From Escherichia coli (GTDB lineage Bacteria > Pseudomonadota > Gammaproteobacteria > Enterobacterales > Enterobacteriaceae), in assembly GCF_016026235.1 (NCBI RefSeq), contig NZ_CP065613.1: a DNA stretch of 64,000 bases. One strand, 5' to 3'. Below the pieces are notes generated by a model. The model was not told the origin of the DNA and searched no databases. It saw only the letters and a list, made by a program, of their open reading frames with translations. The stretch's first letter is position 1. Each line of letters opens with the position of its first letter. The translations under genes were made by a program, and so were the position numbers. Of the stretch, positions 1 to 13,558 are shown one piece after another.

Positions 1-26
1 GGCGTGAACGCCCTATCCGGCCTACG
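1..26. repeat. Partial REP-like palindromic element downstream of yhdP, truncated by the window edge
   Basis: Sequence ggcgtgaacgccctatccggcctacgg resembles the 3' part of the E. coli REP consensus; lies just 3' of the yhdP stop. Confidence 0.4.
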
Positions 27-99
27 GTTATGTTCTGGCTCGTTGGCCTTTGGCAACGATTATCATATGAGATTGGGGCAATTACGCGCCCTCGTCAAA

Positions 100-3000
100 T
101 CATTGCGCTTTTTCTTTACGCGGTTGGCGCAACACTTCGTTGATTTGCGGATCGTCCAGCGGACCCGAAATGTGATAGCGCAAAATGGAGACTTTGCTCC
201 ACAGCGGCCCCAGCACTTTACTAGCGGCAAAAACTGCCGCGCCAACAATGGGGTTAACCGCAAAAGCCGCAGCCACGCCCACCGTCGCAGAAATCTCTGG
301 TGCGACAACCGCTTCCATATTCAGGTCGCGACGTACCAGATTTACCGACCCTTTCATGGCGATATCCGCCTCCAGACCATCCACCAGCGTGTCGTCGGTG
401 TGCATAACCCCGTCTTTAATCCACGCGGTGCTGCGAATGGAGTCAAAATAGAACCCTTCGCCAAAAGTGTCTCTGAAATCAAAACGCAGCTTACGCATCA
501 GGGCATCTACGCTCAATAAGCGCAGCAATTGCCCGGCATGTCCGGTATTGATTTCGGTAATTTCGCCTTTACCCAGTTGAGTATGAATGATGCCATTCAA
601 CGTCGCTTCATCTGGCTGCCAGGGTGCTTTACGCCAGTGTAAATCGTAATCCACATTAAATGACGACTGCCGTATGGGCGTCGTGACACCAAAAAATTCT
701 GCGGCGGCATCAATTTTCTGCCCGCGCAGTTTTCCTTTCAGCGAGGTACGTTCATTCCCCGGATTATTAACCCATTCACCATCGGCAGTAAGCCGCGAGA
801 AACCAGTATCAATCAGTCCATTGGTCAGCGTTAACGTATCGCCAGAAATGGTGAGATCACTGTCAATACGACCGAATTTTTGCCCCCAGAACCAGCACTC
901 TGTGCATCGTATTTGTGCGTCCGGCCAGCCACGGAAGTTAATGCGCTCCGTTGTCGGGAAAGGTGATGACGGTGTTGAATCACCACGAGTTTTCGCCATG
1001 CTCGGGTTGTAATAAAGATATTTGATATTCGCCAGCCACGGCGCGTTATTACGCATCGCCAGCGTGGCATTGATTTCACGCCCCTGCGCCTCAACCAGGG
1101 TGCCATTTGCCGTCGGTTGCGAAACAATACTCAGGTTATTCCATTGCTGATTTCCCAGTGACAACATAGGCGTACGTAACGTTATGTGTTGTGGGAAACT
1201 CGCTGCACCACCGACACTCTCCGCAGCGCCTTTCTGGAACAGGGCCAGCCACTCGGCACCATTCATCGGCGGCATATTGAGTTCAACGCCACTTTGTTCC
1301 GGCAACGGCGGGAGCGTTTTACTGTCTGCCGCCCAAATAGCACGATCGAGCGTCAGCTTTTGACCAAGCAACCAGCGGCTATTGAAATGGTTATCCGCAC
1401 CAGCCTGTCCGGTTAATTCAAAGCTGTTGAGATTGCCATCAACCTTAACGTTTACCGCTAGTGGTTCACCCGCAGGTTTGGCTAACGGTGAAGGTAAGTG
1501 ACTGCTCACATTCTTCAGATCGCCGTTCAGCTCTACGTTATAGGTCGCACCAGCATGATAAGGCAGATCAATGCCCACTTTACCATCCCACGCCACGCTG
1601 CCACTCAATGCTTCGTTCACCGCTTCAGGCAGAACGCCGGTTTTCGCCGGTTGCCAGTTACCGTTGAGGTTTACCGCTACCTGGTAGGCTTTTGCCCCTT
1701 CTTTGGTGGAAAAATCCACGTTCAACGGCTGATTAAACCAGCTTGCTGTCAGCGGTTCACTTTGCAGATCGCCATTGATAAAGCTGAATTTACCGCTCAA
1801 ATTTTTCAGGGTGCTGTCGAGTGGTTTGATAAACAGACTGTTATTACGCAGCGTCACTTCACCTTTCGCGGTTACCAGCTCGCCGTTCAGCGGGATATCA
1901 AGATGTAAGCGAGCATTCACATCGCCGTCGAGCTGGAGTTCTTGCAGGGTCGCACCCAGAGAATCTTTCAGCGGAGTCTCATCAAAGTAAGGGCCAACGG
2001 CTTTACCCGGACCTTTAATGTCAGCGTCAATCAGCAGTTTTTCTTTTGAGTAGTCAGGGATCACTGCGGTGAGATTACTCGCGCGCACGCCGCCCAGATT
2101 AACGCCATCGGTTTTCATCCATAAACCGTCGTTAATAAAGTCCAGTTCAATATCAAGGTTAGTTAATGCAGGCCAGTCCGGCTGGAAGGCAAACTTCGCG
2201 TTGCGCAGCGGCACCAGCACTTCAAACTGACCTTCGTTGTGTTTATAGGGGAAGAGTTGCGGATTGCCACCATAAACCAGCGTCGCGTTATCCGCTTCAC
2301 CGCCCTGAATCGCGCCACTTAAGTAATCAACCAGGTCTTTACCCATCAAGTTTTCCGGGAAATAGCGCCAGGCTTGTGAACCATCATCGGTACTGATGCC
2401 AGCCAGAATACCCAGCCAGGGTTCATCGTTAGCAGGTTGCAGGTAACGAAAACCGCCGCGCGCATGGACGGCTTTGGCTTTAACGTCAATATTACGCCCA
2501 TCCAGCTGGAAACCTTTGTCATTGTTCAGCCAGCTTATAGTTGCCTGGCCGTCGGCGATTTCCAGTGGCGCACGGAATACCGTTTCGTAAGGCATCTTTG
2601 CCTGCTTCATCGACGCGGTAAGCAAACCATTTTCAACGCTGCCGGAAAGCGTCCCGGAGAAGTGTTCCGCACCCGGTAATAATTTCCATTGCTTCCAGGC
2701 CAGATCGCTCCACGATGCCTGAAAACGGGTCTTGTCTGCCGCCTGAAGCGGGATATCCAGCGCCAGCGTGTTAATCTTGCCGCTCGGTTGTGTGGAGCGC
2801 CAAACATCACCCAGTGCAGGTGAAAGTTTCGCGGCCAGCGGGCGTATGCCCTCCAGGCCTGCCAGCTCCAGATTACTGGCGCGAATCCGGAGTTCGTCAC
2901 TGCGTTTATTGTCTTTGCCGCCAACGTCCTGTTCCGGTATCCAGGCCAGCGTCAATGCTCCGCTCGGCCAGGGTTTGCCGTCCATCGTGATCCGTGTATC

Positions 3001-3900
3001 GGGAATAGAGAACTGCCAGCCCGGATTTTCACGCGTAATATGCGCGGTCAGATTATCCACCGACAGCGTATGCGTTTGCTTCTCGCCCAACCAGCTGGCA
3101 CCGCCCTGTTTCAGCCAGACGTCACCGCCGGTTACATCGCCTTTGTCGATCGTCATCCAGCCTTCAAGGGAGAACTGTGCCGTTTCCAGCGCAATATTGT
3201 CCTGCATCCATTTACCGAGCCACGGCTTCAGGTCGATGTCATCCGCCTGGAGCCAGACGCGACCATTGCTTAACAACCCCTCATCATCGCGCAAATCCAT
3301 GCGCACCTGCATCACGCCGTGCTGTCCGGTAAGGCTGGAGAGGCTTACCAGGCCTTCCGCACGGTGTCGACGTGGATCGTTCAGCCAGGTGAGTTGTGGG
3401 ATCGCCAGCTCGGCGCGCTGACCGGATGGCGTCAGGAAACTGACTTCACTGTCGCGGAGATCGAAATGGTCAAATTGACGAAGAAACAGATCGCTGATGT
3501 GACTGGCTTCCAGACTGTCATCGCTACCACCGCTGGTGATAGGAGTGTTGGTGCGAAAGCGCAGCTGCCAGAAAGTGAGGTCGCGAAACTGCCAGCGCAT
3601 ATGTAACAGGCTCTGCCAGACATCCAGCGCCAGAGTAACGCGTTTAACCGAAAATTCGCCGCCATCTTTTAGTTCTGCACGGATGTCGTGTGCTTCAAGC
3701 GTCGGGCCAAAATTCTGCCAGCTGGCTGAGAGCTGACTGGCTTCAACCGGCATGCCAGTCGCGGATTCTATTTTGTTGAGGATTTCCGGACGCCAGGCGT
3801 CAAGATGCGGTAAAGCAATACGCAGGCCGCTAACCAGCAGGGCAGCGATCACAACGAGCGCGGCTCCAGTAAGCAGTAAAATCCCCGGCAATCGCCTCAC
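100..3900 (-). CDS. yhdP: AsmA-family inner membrane protein YhdP
   Basis: 1266 aa ORF; N-terminus MRRLPGILLLTGAALVV with a single TM segment; length and sequence match E. coli YhdP. Confidence 0.93.
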   Translation of the reverse strand: MRRLPGILLLTGAALVVIAALLVSGLRIALPHLDAWRPEILNKIESATGMPVEASQLSASWQNFGPTLEAHDIRAELKDGGEFSVKRVTLALDVWQSLLHMRWQFRDLTFWQLRFRTNTPITSGGSDDSLEASHISDLFLRQFDHFDLRDSEVSFLTPSGQRAELAIPQLTWLNDPRRHRAEGLVSLSSLTGQHGVMQVRMDLRDDEGLLSNGRVWLQADDIDLKPWLGKWMQDNIALETAQFSLEGWMTIDKGDVTGGDVWLKQGGASWLGEKQTHTLSVDNLTAHITRENPGWQFSIPDTRITMDGKPWPSGALTLAWIPEQDVGGKDNKRSDELRIRASNLELAGLEGIRPLAAKLSPALGDVWRSTQPSGKINTLALDIPLQAADKTRFQASWSDLAWKQWKLLPGAEHFSGTLSGSVENGLLTASMKQAKMPYETVFRAPLEIADGQATISWLNNDKGFQLDGRNIDVKAKAVHARGGFRYLQPANDEPWLGILAGISTDDGSQAWRYFPENLMGKDLVDYLSGAIQGGEADNATLVYGGNPQLFPYKHNEGQFEVLVPLRNAKFAFQPDWPALTNLDIELDFINDGLWMKTDGVNLGGVRASNLTAVIPDYSKEKLLIDADIKGPGKAVGPYFDETPLKDSLGATLQELQLDGDVNARLHLDIPLNGELVTAKGEVTLRNNSLFIKPLDSTLKNLSGKFSFINGDLQSEPLTASWFNQPLNVDFSTKEGAKAYQVAVNLNGNWQPAKTGVLPEAVNEALSGSVAWDGKVGIDLPYHAGATYNVELNGDLKNVSSHLPSPLAKPAGEPLAVNVKVDGNLNSFELTGQAGADNHFNSRWLLGQKLTLDRAIWAADSKTLPPLPEQSGVELNMPPMNGAEWLALFQKGAAESVGGAASFPQHITLRTPMLSLGNQQWNNLSIVSQPTANGTLVEAQGREINATLAMRNNAPWLANIKYLYYNPSMAKTRGDSTPSSPFPTTERINFRGWPDAQIRCTECWFWGQKFGRIDSDLTISGDTLTLTNGLIDTGFSRLTADGEWVNNPGNERTSLKGKLRGQKIDAAAEFFGVTTPIRQSSFNVDYDLHWRKAPWQPDEATLNGIIHTQLGKGEITEINTGHAGQLLRLLSVDALMRKLRFDFRDTFGEGFYFDSIRSTAWIKDGVMHTDDTLVDGLEADIAMKGSVNLVRRDLNMEAVVAPEISATVGVAAAFAVNPIVGAAVFAASKVLGPLWSKVSILRYHISGPLDDPQINEVLRQPRKEKAQ

Positions 3901-3967
3901 CCGTCACTCCTTGTCTGCTAAATATGTGACTCAAAAACCCTTTGCCGGATGGCGGCCCAGCATCTGT

Positions 3968-5437
3968 TTACATCATTACGACGTCAAACTGCTCCTGGTT
4001 ATAGAGCGGTTCAATTTGTACTTTAACCTGTTTACCAACGAAAATTTCCACTTCCGCCAGCGAGTGTGACTCTTCGCCTTTCAAGGCTTCAGCTACTGCC
4101 GGAGAAGCATAGACCAGGAAACGGTCGGAGTCGTAAGCATGGTGGACACGAACAATCTCGCGCATGATTTCATAGCATACCGTTTCCACGGTTTTCACCG
4201 TTCCGCGACCGTGGCAGGTTGGGCATTCGTTACACAGTACGTGCTCAATGCTTTCGCGGGTGCGTTTACGCGTCATCTCCACCAGCCCCAGCGCCGAAAA
4301 ACCATTAACGCTAGTTTTCACCCGGTCTTTGCTCAACGCCTGCTCCAGCGAGTGCAGCACTCGGCGGCGGTGATCTTCATTATTCATATCGATGAAATCA
4401 ATAATGATAATCCCGCCCAGATTACGCAACCGTAACTGGCGAGCGATAGCCTGCGTCGCTTCAATATTGGTATTGAAAATGGTGTCGTCCAGATTGCGAT
4501 GACCGACAAACGCTCCGGTATTGATGTCCACGGTGGTCATCGCTTCGGTCTGGTCGATAATCAGATAACCACCGGATTTCAGTTCTACTTTGCGTTCCAG
4601 CGCTCGCTGGATTTCGTTTTCGACATCAAAGAGATCAAAAATCGGCTGGCGTCCGGTGTAATGCTCCAGCTTGCTGGTCATCTCGGGAATGTACTCCGAG
4701 GTGAACTCAAGTAACGCTTCGTAAGTCAGGCGTGAGTCAACGCGAATGCGGTCCAGTTCGGCATCGGCGAAATCACGCAGAACACGCTGCGCCAACGCCA
4801 GTTCGCCGTACAGCTGATAACGGGTCTGCGGGCGTTTTTTACGCTCCATAACTTTGGTCCAGACGCGTTTCAGATAAGCGGCATCGGAGGCCAGTTCAGC
4901 CTCGCCAACCCCTTCCGCTGCGGTACGGATGATAAACCCGCCCTGCTCGTCGCAATACTCTGCGACCACTTTTTTCAGGCGTTCACGTTCTGATTCGCTT
5001 TCAATACGTTGGGAAACACCAACGTGAGAAGCCCCTGGCATAAAGACCAGATAGCGAGAAGGCAGCGTGATATCGGTGGTCAGGCGCGCCCCCTTAGTGC
5101 CAAGCGGATCTTTCACCACCTGCACCATCAGATCTTGCCCCTGACGAACCAGTTCCGAGATGTCGCGCACCGTGAATTGCTTTTGTTCTTCACCCGCCAC
5201 ACATTCGGTGTGCGGCATGATGTCAGATGCATGAAGAAACGCGGCTTTATCCAGCCCAATATCTACAAAAGCCGCCTGCATACCCGGAAGTACACGACTT
5301 ACACGACCCTTGTAGATATTGCCTACTATTCCGCGTCGCGCCTCACGTTCAATATGAATTTCCTGCAGAATACCGCCATCAATATACGCCACTCGCGTTT
5401 CCGAAGGCGTTACGTTTACTAACAATTCAGCCGTCAT
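3968..5437 (-). CDS. rng: Ribonuclease G
   Basis: ORF begins [22 protein letters not shown] (489 aa) after trimming a 6-codon upstream extension; RNase E/G family. Confidence 0.93.
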
Positions 5438-6020
5438 GTTTATCCCTTTTCTCACGCAGTGCGTTAAAATTACTTAATAATTCATACGTTTCAACTAGCG
5501 GTAAGCCGACTACGGCGTGATAGCTGCCATTTATCTTCCTGACAAAACAGCCACCCAGCCCCTGAATACCGTATGCACCTGCTTTATCTAACGGTTCACC
5601 GCTGGCGACATAGCCCGCGATGTCTTCGTCTGTTAACGTTCTGAAAGTCACATCGGTGACCACCAGGCAATCGAGAATGTGCTGGCTGTCGGCCAACGCC
5701 ACTGCCGTCATCACCTGATGGGTCTGACCCGATAATTTGCGCAACATCTGCGCCGCATGCTCTGCGTCGCGCGGTTTCTCCAGCACTTCTCCGTTCAGGA
5801 TAACGATAGTATCCGCACCCAGCACCGGGAGATCCTGCGCCGTTTGCGCGACACCTGCCCGTGCTTTCTCGCGCGCCAGACGCACAACATACTGCTGCGC
5901 GCTCTCCTGCGGCTGACGCTGCTCCTCAATGCCCGTAACAATACGTTCAAAGGTCACGCCAAGTTGCGCAAGTAACTCCTGACGACGCGGAGAACCGGAA
6001 GCTAAATACAGAGAAGTCAT
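5427..6020 (-). CDS. yhdE: Maf-like nucleoside triphosphate pyrophosphatase YhdE
   Basis: [22 protein letters not shown]af signature; 197 aa from the internal Met; overlaps the rng start. Confidence 0.88.
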   Translation of the reverse strand: MTSLYLASGSPRRQELLAQLGVTFERIVTGIEEQRQPQESAQQYVVRLAREKARAGVAQTAQDLPVLGADTIVILNGEVLEKPRDAEHAAQMLRKLSGQTHQVMTAVALADSQHILDCLVVTDVTFRTLTDEDIAGYVASGEPLDKAGAYGIQGLGGCFVRKINGSYHAVVGLPLVETYELLSNFNALREKRDKHDG

Positions 6021-6028
6021 AGAAACCT

Positions 6029-7620
<1,592 letters not shown>

Positions 7621-7685
7621 AAGTTATGCGTATTCTCGTATCAGACCAGGCAGGGTAAACAGACGCTTCCCCTGCCTGCATCCGA

Positions 7686-8855
<1,170 letters not shown>

Positions 8856-9033
8856 TTACAAATCTCTGCCTGAGTCCAGAAAGGCTTAATGCATCAGCAG
8901 CATTCCTCGCCTGTTTGCAACCGCATAAGGTCATTCATCTGCATATGTGCTGCAACAATCTGGCGAGCAGACAAGCACACTCCCATGAGACGCAGCGCGC
9001 GTTATTCTACGTGAAAACGGATTAAACGGCAGG

Positions 9034-10974
9034 TTAAACCGAGTATCTTTGTGAATATTTTTTCACGTTAGTATCAAGTGGCTGTGAGGACGCGAAAAAA
9101 TCCCCTTGCCCGCCTGTAACACCGCGCTGAATCAGGGTCTGCCACTCGCTTCGCGAACGCACGCCGGTGGCGTAAACCTGGGTGCTGGTCCCGGAGCAGG
9201 CTTCCACCAAGCTTTGAACCAGCAACTGGTTCTCCGTTCGCTTCTCAATGTTTCTGACCAGCCCCGGATGGAGCTTGAGTAACTCAACATTAAGTTCTTT
9301 GATCCAACTGGTGCTTACCAGCGTCAAACCAGCCTGGTTGACGGCTACCCGTACCCCTAAAGCATTCACTAAACGAATAACAGGTTGTAAACGACTGATA
9401 TGTTGACCTACATCGGCCTCTGCAAGTTCAATAATTATGCGTTTTCGTTGTGATTTTTCACATTGCATTAACGTATCGCGCAGCCAACGCTGAAAACGCG
9501 GGCGAATCAGCGACTCAACGGTAACCTGAATCGCCAGATTTTCCTCTGGCCAGTAACGCAATAGTGGAATAAGACGGCTGATTTGCAGACGGTCATACTC
9601 TTCCGATAAGCCAAACTGCAAGACCATCGGCATATACTCCGCCGAGCTAACCTCTTCATTACCATCGAAGATGCGGCACATGAGTTCGCGATGATGAACC
9701 TGACCTTCGCGAGTAACCGCCGGTTTTTGATAAAGGCGCGGGCCGCCGCGACTGAGCATTTGCTCGATAAGCGTACGCCAGCGAACATTACCGCGTCCTT
9801 TTTCAGGCAACGAGTCATCGTAAATAGCCCAGCTATTGCCGCCCTGCAATCCCGCATTACGCGTGGCAGACTCTGCATGTTCCATTACCTGCTCGGTATC
9901 CTGACCACTACGCCAGGCGCAGATACCAATGTGGATCATATCGTCGCGATCGAGCATTTTATTGTTCGGCAAGGTATCGACGGCTTTGATTAACTGACTG
10001 GCTATGCTCTCAGCCTCTTTTAACGTCCGGTGCGGTAACAACGCAGCAAAATCACTGCGGTGGTAACGCGCCAGCAGTGCGCCAGGGTAGCGCATCATAA
10101 ATGTCGATAGCAGATTCGTCAGAGTGAAGAACTGTTCTTCAACCTGGCTGTGCCCCCAGGTATCGCTCAACATATTGAAATCCGGCAGACGAATCATCAT
10201 CACGATCCCGTGGGTACCTACTTTCTCCTGATCTTCCAGTAACGTTGCTAACTGATTATCGAAAAAGAGTCGGTTATTGAGGCCGGTTTTCACGTCCTGT
10301 GCGGCATAAGAGCGGATCAGCGTATCAAGACGGCTGTGTTGTTCGCGTGCGTTCTGAATTTCACGAAGCAGCGTATCCAGCGCACTGCTGGTTCTGGGCG
10401 GCCATTCATAGATGGTTCCCAACACATTAGAGCCACGCTCACCGTTTAAGATACGAGTAGCCCGGGTTTCCAGCAATTCTTGCCCGGCAAGTTGCCGTTG
10501 TAACCAGCGTACCGCCAGAAAGAGCATAAGAATGATAAAGCCAATCGCCCCTGTGAGCGGCGCGGTGGTCATCAACGAATGGAAATAGTTGCCCATCGGA
10601 TCCTGATAAACCAGACGCAACGACATCCCCGGATGCTTTATCAACGGAACGCTCAGTTCACGAAACAGATCGCTGGTGCCAACCGGACGATAACTACCAT
10701 TTCTGGCCAGGGTATAAACCTGTTTATCACCATGCAGCAGGTCTACACGAACGATATCTGCCGACATCATTAATTCGGTAATTTGTGGCCTTAATGCGCT
10801 GAAGTCATTCGACACAAGGTGGGTATCAATCGCCGTCGCCACCGCCTGAACGCGATGACTAAACTTATACTGAATGGCGTTGTAGAAACTTAGCGAACAG
10901 CCCAGCAAAGTCACAAAAATTGTTAACCCGGTGAGCAGCGTAACAAAGGCCGAAAATTTCGTCGTTAATCTCAT
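9034..10974 (-). CDS. csrD: CsrD, degenerate GGDEF-EAL regulator of CsrB/CsrC turnover
   Basis: 646 aa; two N-terminal TM segments followed by GGDEF-like and EAL-like regions; position downstream of mreB upstream region. Confidence 0.9.
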   Translation of the reverse strand: MRLTTKFSAFVTLLTGLTIFVTLLGCSLSFYNAIQYKFSHRVQAVATAIDTHLVSNDFSALRPQITELMMSADIVRVDLLHGDKQVYTLARNGSYRPVGTSDLFRELSVPLIKHPGMSLRLVYQDPMGNYFHSLMTTAPLTGAIGFIILMLFLAVRWLQRQLAGQELLETRATRILNGERGSNVLGTIYEWPPRTSSALDTLLREIQNAREQHSRLDTLIRSYAAQDVKTGLNNRLFFDNQLATLLEDQEKVGTHGIVMMIRLPDFNMLSDTWGHSQVEEQFFTLTNLLSTFMMRYPGALLARYHRSDFAALLPHRTLKEAESIASQLIKAVDTLPNNKMLDRDDMIHIGICAWRSGQDTEQVMEHAESATRNAGLQGGNSWAIYDDSLPEKGRGNVRWRTLIEQMLSRGGPRLYQKPAVTREGQVHHRELMCRIFDGNEEVSSAEYMPMVLQFGLSEEYDRLQISRLIPLLRYWPEENLAIQVTVESLIRPRFQRWLRDTLMQCEKSQRKRIIIELAEADVGQHISRLQPVIRLVNALGVRVAVNQAGLTLVSTSWIKELNVELLKLHPGLVRNIEKRTENQLLVQSLVEACSGTSTQVYATGVRSRSEWQTLIQRGVTGGQGDFFASSQPLDTNVKKYSQRYSV

Positions 10975-11125
10975 CCTTGTGTTAACTCCGATAGTGAGGA
11001 AGCGGGCATACTAGCAAATCAGATTTATCTCGCAATTTATTGCGCTTCATCGGCTTTGCTTTTCCATTAGCGAGTATAGTCTTCAGAAATTATTTTCCAA
11101 TCCATCATGCACATGAGGACCACTT

Positions 11126-12100
11126 ATGCAGGCGTTACTTTTAGAACAGCAGGACGGCAAAACTCTCGCATCAGTACAGACACTTGACGAAAGTCGCCTG
11201 CCGGAGGGCGATGTCACGGTTGATGTTCACTGGTCGAGCCTGAACTATAAAGATGCGCTGGCGATTACCGGTAAGGGAAAAATCATCCGTAATTTTCCGA
11301 TGATTCCTGGGATCGATTTTGCCGGAACTGTACGCACCAGCGAAGATCCGCGTTTTCATGCCGGTCAGGAGGTGTTACTCACTGGCTGGGGCGTTGGTGA
11401 AAACCACTGGGGTGGGCTGGCGGAGCAGGCGCGAGTGAAAGGTGACTGGCTGGTTGCCATGCCGCAAGGGCTGGACGCGCGTAAAGCAATGATTATCGGT
11501 ACTGCCGGTTTTACCGCCATGCTGTGTGTGATGGCGCTGGAAGATGCCGGTGTTCGCCCGCAGGACGGGGAGATTGTCGTGACGGGTGCCAGTGGTGGCG
11601 TCGGCAGTACCGCCGTGGCGCTGCTGCATAAGTTGGGTTATCAGGTCGTTGCCGTTTCCGGTCGCGAAAGTACCCATGAATATCTGAAAAGTTTAGGTGC
11701 TAGCCGTGTTCTCCCTCGTGATGAGTTTGCCGAATCCCGTCCTCTGGAAAAACAAGTCTGGGCTGGGGCAATTGACACCGTTGGCGACAAAGTGCTGGCA
11801 AAAGTGCTGGCGCAAATGAATTACGGCGGCTGCGTGGCGGCCTGTGGTCTGGCGGGTGGTTTTACTCTGCCAACCACGGTCATGCCATTTATTCTGCGTA
11901 ATGTCCGTTTACAGGGGGTGGATTCAGTGATGACGCCACCAGAACGCCGCGCACAAGCCTGGCAGCGACTGGTCGCCGATTTACCGGAATCATTCTATAC
12001 CCAGGCGGCAAAAGAGATATCTCTGGCAGAGGCACCGAAGTTTGCCGAGGCCATCATTAATAACCAGATCCAGGGTCGCACGCTGGTGAAGGTTAACTAA
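11126..12100 (+). CDS. acuI: Acrylyl-CoA reductase AcuI (YhdH), MDR-family NADPH-dependent oxidoreductase
   Basis: 324 aa ORF with zinc-free MDR / quinone oxidoreductase-like fold motifs (GASGGVGS). Confidence 0.9.
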   Translation: MQALLLEQQDGKTLASVQTLDESRLPEGDVTVDVHWSSLNYKDALAITGKGKIIRNFPMIPGIDFAGTVRTSEDPRFHAGQEVLLTGWGVGENHWGGLAEQARVKGDWLVAMPQGLDARKAMIIGTAGFTAMLCVMALEDAGVRPQDGEIVVTGASGGVGSTAVALLHKLGYQVVAVSGRESTHEYLKSLGASRVLPRDEFAESRPLEKQVWAGAIDTVGDKVLAKVLAQMNYGGCVAACGLAGGFTLPTTVMPFILRNVRLQGVDSVMTPPERRAQAWQRLVADLPESFYTQAAKEISLAEAPKFAEAIINNQIQGRTLVKVN

Positions 12101-12136
12101 CCATTTAGCAAGGAATAATAAGAGAGGGAACTCATT

Positions 12137-12301
12137 TTGAAATCATTATTCAATCGGTTAACGGGAAAAGCGGTTAGCCGGACAGCTTTCGTCGAACACC
12201 TTGGTCATGAAGTTGTACAACATCATCCAAACTGGAAAGTCATGATTTCGACTGACCATAAATTGATGCGCATTGATACTCCACTAAACAGCTATTATTG
12301 A
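12137..12301 (+). CDS. Candidate small ORF (54 aa, TTG start), unverified
   Basis: Read from sequence: SD-like agagagggaa 6 nt upstream of TTG at 12137, open frame to TGA at 12299-12301 ([54 protein letters not shown]); 37 nt after the acuI stop; codon usage is poor. Confidence 0.2.
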   Translation: MKSLFNRLTGKAVSRTAFVEHLGHEVVQHHPNWKVMISTDHKLMRIDTPLNSYY

Positions 12302-12769
12302 TACGCCTCCGTCGCCTGTTAGGTTTATGGTGCTTTGCCTGGGCGACGCTACGCTTAACCCCTTACTTATTTCTGGTACCATGAGGTGAATAATCTGATT
12401 TTATTTGACTACAAATTAATCACTCGGACGTATTTAATGCTGTGCATTGTCAGTCGGTTAATTTTGCGTGCTTTAGCATTCACATCTATCCAGACGATGC
12501 AGTGAAAATTGGGTAATCCCCAGCAACCGCTGCGTAATGTCGTCTATCTTGTCGCGATCCTGGCATCCCTACATTATTTGTGGTCTGTGAAGATTATCTC
12601 ATTGCAGCCCCTCATCTTCGCAGGGCTGGCTTTACAGCTTTTCACCTTACGTTATAAGAAGTTCCGTCGATGATGGCGCTAATTTCGTGAATTGTGCGGC
12701 TTGTTGCAAATTACACGGTGTTGAAGGTTATTTACATGTTAGCTGTTGATTATCTTCCCTGATAAGACC

Positions 12770-12813
12770 AGTATTTAGCTGCCAATTGCTACGAAATCGT
12801 TATAATGTGCGAC
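12770..12813 (+). promoter_or_regulatory. Putative accBC promoter (-10 TATAAT at 12801-12806) ahead of a long 5' leader
   Basis: Consensus TATAAT hexamer roughly 270 nt upstream of the accB start; accBC is known to have a long untranslated leader. Confidence 0.35.
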
Positions 12814-13077
12814 CTCGTCCTCCCTGACGCAGTTTTTGCGCTGCGGAAAAGGTGACATTGGCGCAACGAAGGTATATTTTGTTTTTTGCCGGAGGATAGC
12901 AGCAGATCGCTGCACAATGTCCGTCAAGTCTAACATTGACACTCTGGGGCAAAATAGACCGGCGTCCCGGCCTGCTGGAATTTATCGCTATGCATACAGC
13001 TGTCGGGGCATACGCTTTACAGACGGCGGTGAAACGCCTGTCACAATCACACTAAACAAAGAGTACGGAACCCACTC

Positions 13078-13548
13078 ATGGATATTCGTAAGATTAAAAA
13101 ACTGATCGAGCTGGTTGAAGAATCAGGCATCTCCGAACTGGAAATTTCTGAAGGCGAAGAGTCAGTACGCATTAGCCGTGCAGCTCCTGCCGCAAGTTTC
13201 CCTGTGATGCAACAAGCTTACGCTGCACCAATGATGCAGCAGCCAGCTCAATCTAACGCAGCCGCTCCGGCGACCGTTCCTTCCATGGAAGCGCCAGCAG
13301 CAGCGGAAATCAGTGGTCACATCGTACGTTCCCCGATGGTTGGTACTTTCTACCGCACCCCAAGCCCGGACGCAAAAGCGTTCATCGAAGTGGGTCAGAA
13401 AGTCAACGTGGGCGATACCCTGTGCATCGTTGAAGCCATGAAAATGATGAACCAGATCGAAGCGGACAAATCCGGTACCGTGAAAGCAATTCTGGTCGAA
13501 AGTGGACAACCGGTAGAATTTGACGAGCCGCTGGTCGTCATCGAGTAA
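13078..13548 (+). CDS. accB: Biotin carboxyl carrier protein of acetyl-CoA carboxylase
   Basis: 156 aa; Ala/Pro-rich linker; biotinylation motif [10 protein letters not shown]. Confidence 0.96.
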
Positions 13549-13558
13549 CGAGGCGAAC

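Noticed and set aside
12836-13105. 89 aa ORF overlapping the accB leader and start
   Set aside because: It overlaps the accBC 5' UTR and the first codons of accB in another frame; no ribosome-binding site; the accB frame is clearly the real one.
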